Shown: positions 62,585-64,000 of the stretch, piece by piece
Numbering within the stretch: the stretch's first letter is position 1
Layout: the number at the start of each line of letters is the position of its first letter
Assembly (NCBI RefSeq): GCF_036321535.1
Contig: NC_087436.1
Span: 32,676,001-32,740,000 of the forward strand
DNA: 64,000 nucleotides
From: Camelus dromedarius
Taxonomy: Eukaryota
Direction of reading: 5' to 3'
The notes under the pieces: model-generated
What the model was told of the DNA's origin: nothing
The model's database searches: none
The model's input: the letters and a program-made list of their open reading frames with translations, nothing else
Translations under genes and position numbers: made by a program

Positions 62585-64000
62585 TATTTTTTTATTGAAG
62601 TAGATTTGACATACAATATTATGTTAGGTTCAGGTATACAACACAGTGTCTCAGCATTTATGTACATCAAGAATATGATTACCGGTGGGGAGGGTATAGC
62701 TCAGTGACAGAGTGTGTGCTTAGCATACACAAGGTTCTGGGTTCAATCCTGAGTACCGCCATTAAAGAAAAAATTAAAAGCCTCCATTAAAAAAAACAAA
62801 ACTAAAAAGACATACATACATTCATACATACACCTGATTACCTATGCCCACTACAAAAGAAAAAGAATACGATCACCATGGTAAGTCTAGTAACCATCTG
62901 TCACCATTCAAAGTTACTACACTATTGTTGACTATATTCCCTATAATGCACATTATGTCCCCATGAGTTACTTATTATATGACTAGAAGTTTGTATCTCT
63001 TACTCCTCTTCACCTATTTCATTCACTCTCCTACCCACTTCCCCCCTGGGAACTACCCATTTCTTTTCTGTATCTGTGGGTCTATTTCTGTTTTGTTTTT
63101 TAGATTCCATGTATAAGTGAAATCATTCGGTGTTTATCTCTGTCTGACTTATTTCACTTAGCATAATACCCTCTAGATACATCCATGTTATTGCAAATGG
63201 CGAGGTTTCACTTTTATGGCTAATATTCCATTATGTATCTATAAACACATACACACACGTATATATATGTATGTGTGTACACACACACACACATTTTCTT
63301 TATCCACTCGTCTGTCGATAGCCACTTATGTTGCTTCCATATCTTGGCTATTGTAAATAATGTTGCAATAAACATAGGGGCACATATATCTTTTTGAGTT
63401 AGTTTTTTGTATTCTTCAGAAAAATACCCAGAATTGGAATTATGGAATCATATGGTAGTTTTATTTCTAATTGTTTTGAAGAACCTCCATGCTGTTTTCC
63501 ATAGTGGCTGCACTAATTTACATTCCCATCAATAGTGTTATAAGGGTTTCTTTTTCTCCACAACCTCAAAAAGATAACATTTTTTTTTTGATAAGAGCCA
63601 TTCTGACAGGTGTGAAGTGATATGTCATTGTGGTTTTAAATTAATTTCCCTGATAATTAGTGGTAATTATAATTAGTGATAATTCATTTATCTGTTGGCC
63701 ATCCATATGTCTTCCTTGGAAAAATATCTGTTCAGGTCCTCTGTCCATTTTTTAACTGGATTGCTTCTTTTTTTTTTTGATATTGAGTTGTATGAGTTCT
63801 TCGTCTATTTTAGATATTTTAGATATTAACCTCTTATCAGATGTATCATTTAAAAATACCTTCTCCAAAATGAAAACTAGATGGCTTTTTTCTTTTGTTG
63901 ATGGTTTCCTTTGCTGTGCAAAAAGCTTTTTGATTTGATATTGTTTCATTTGTTCATTTTTCTTTTCATTTCCCTTGGATCTGAGGAGACAGATCCAAAA
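62585..64000 (-). mobile_element. Intermediate-age L1 3' UTR and ORF2 end (runs off the window)
   Basis: TTTTTATTGAAGTAGATTTGACATACAAT 3' terminus, followed by antisense 3' UTR and ORF2 C-terminal homology. Confidence 0.85.
62684..62862 (+). mobile_element. tRNA-derived SINE (camelid Vic-1 type)
   Basis: GGGGAGGGTATAGCTCAGTG...GGTTCAATCC (A and B boxes) with an A-rich tail. TSD AAGAATA(T/C)GAT(T/C)ACC at 62669-62683 and 62863-62877. Confidence 0.88.

Noticed and set aside
62684..62760. tRNA-like sequence (also 23010-23085)
   Set aside because: These are SINE heads with A-rich tails (and a clear TSD for this copy) that cannot form a full cloverleaf, so they are not tRNA genes.

Overview
AT-rich, repeat-dense mammalian genomic DNA. 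It is most likely camelid (alpaca/camel), judged from tRNA-derived Vic-1-type SINEs and the L1 3' UTR type; this is recognition from memory, not a database hit. I can identify no complete host protein-coding gene. A CpG island at ~29.35-29.96 kb carries plus-strand splice donors and looks like the promoter and first exon of an unidentified plus-strand gene with a large first intron; almost all downstream L1s and LTRs are antisense to it. The dominant feature is a young full-length minus-strand LINE-1 insertion (50826-57918) with an exact 15-bp TSD, an intact ORF1, an ORF2 with two frameshifting lesions and a ~400-nt inter-ORF spacer. It carries a ~140-bp 3' transduction behind a truncated 3' UTR. 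Other notable signals are a perfect 20/20 p53 response element at 1405-1424, a 10-bp-phased TGCGTG minisatellite in the CpG island, and a site near 61-62 kb hit twice by retrotransposition (three copies of one target sequence), where the first insert is a polyadenylated, partly non-L1 retrocopy. Nearly all other ORFs in the supplied track are spurious or are transposon fragments. Repeat family names are from recalled consensus sequences, and boundaries without a TSD are approximate.
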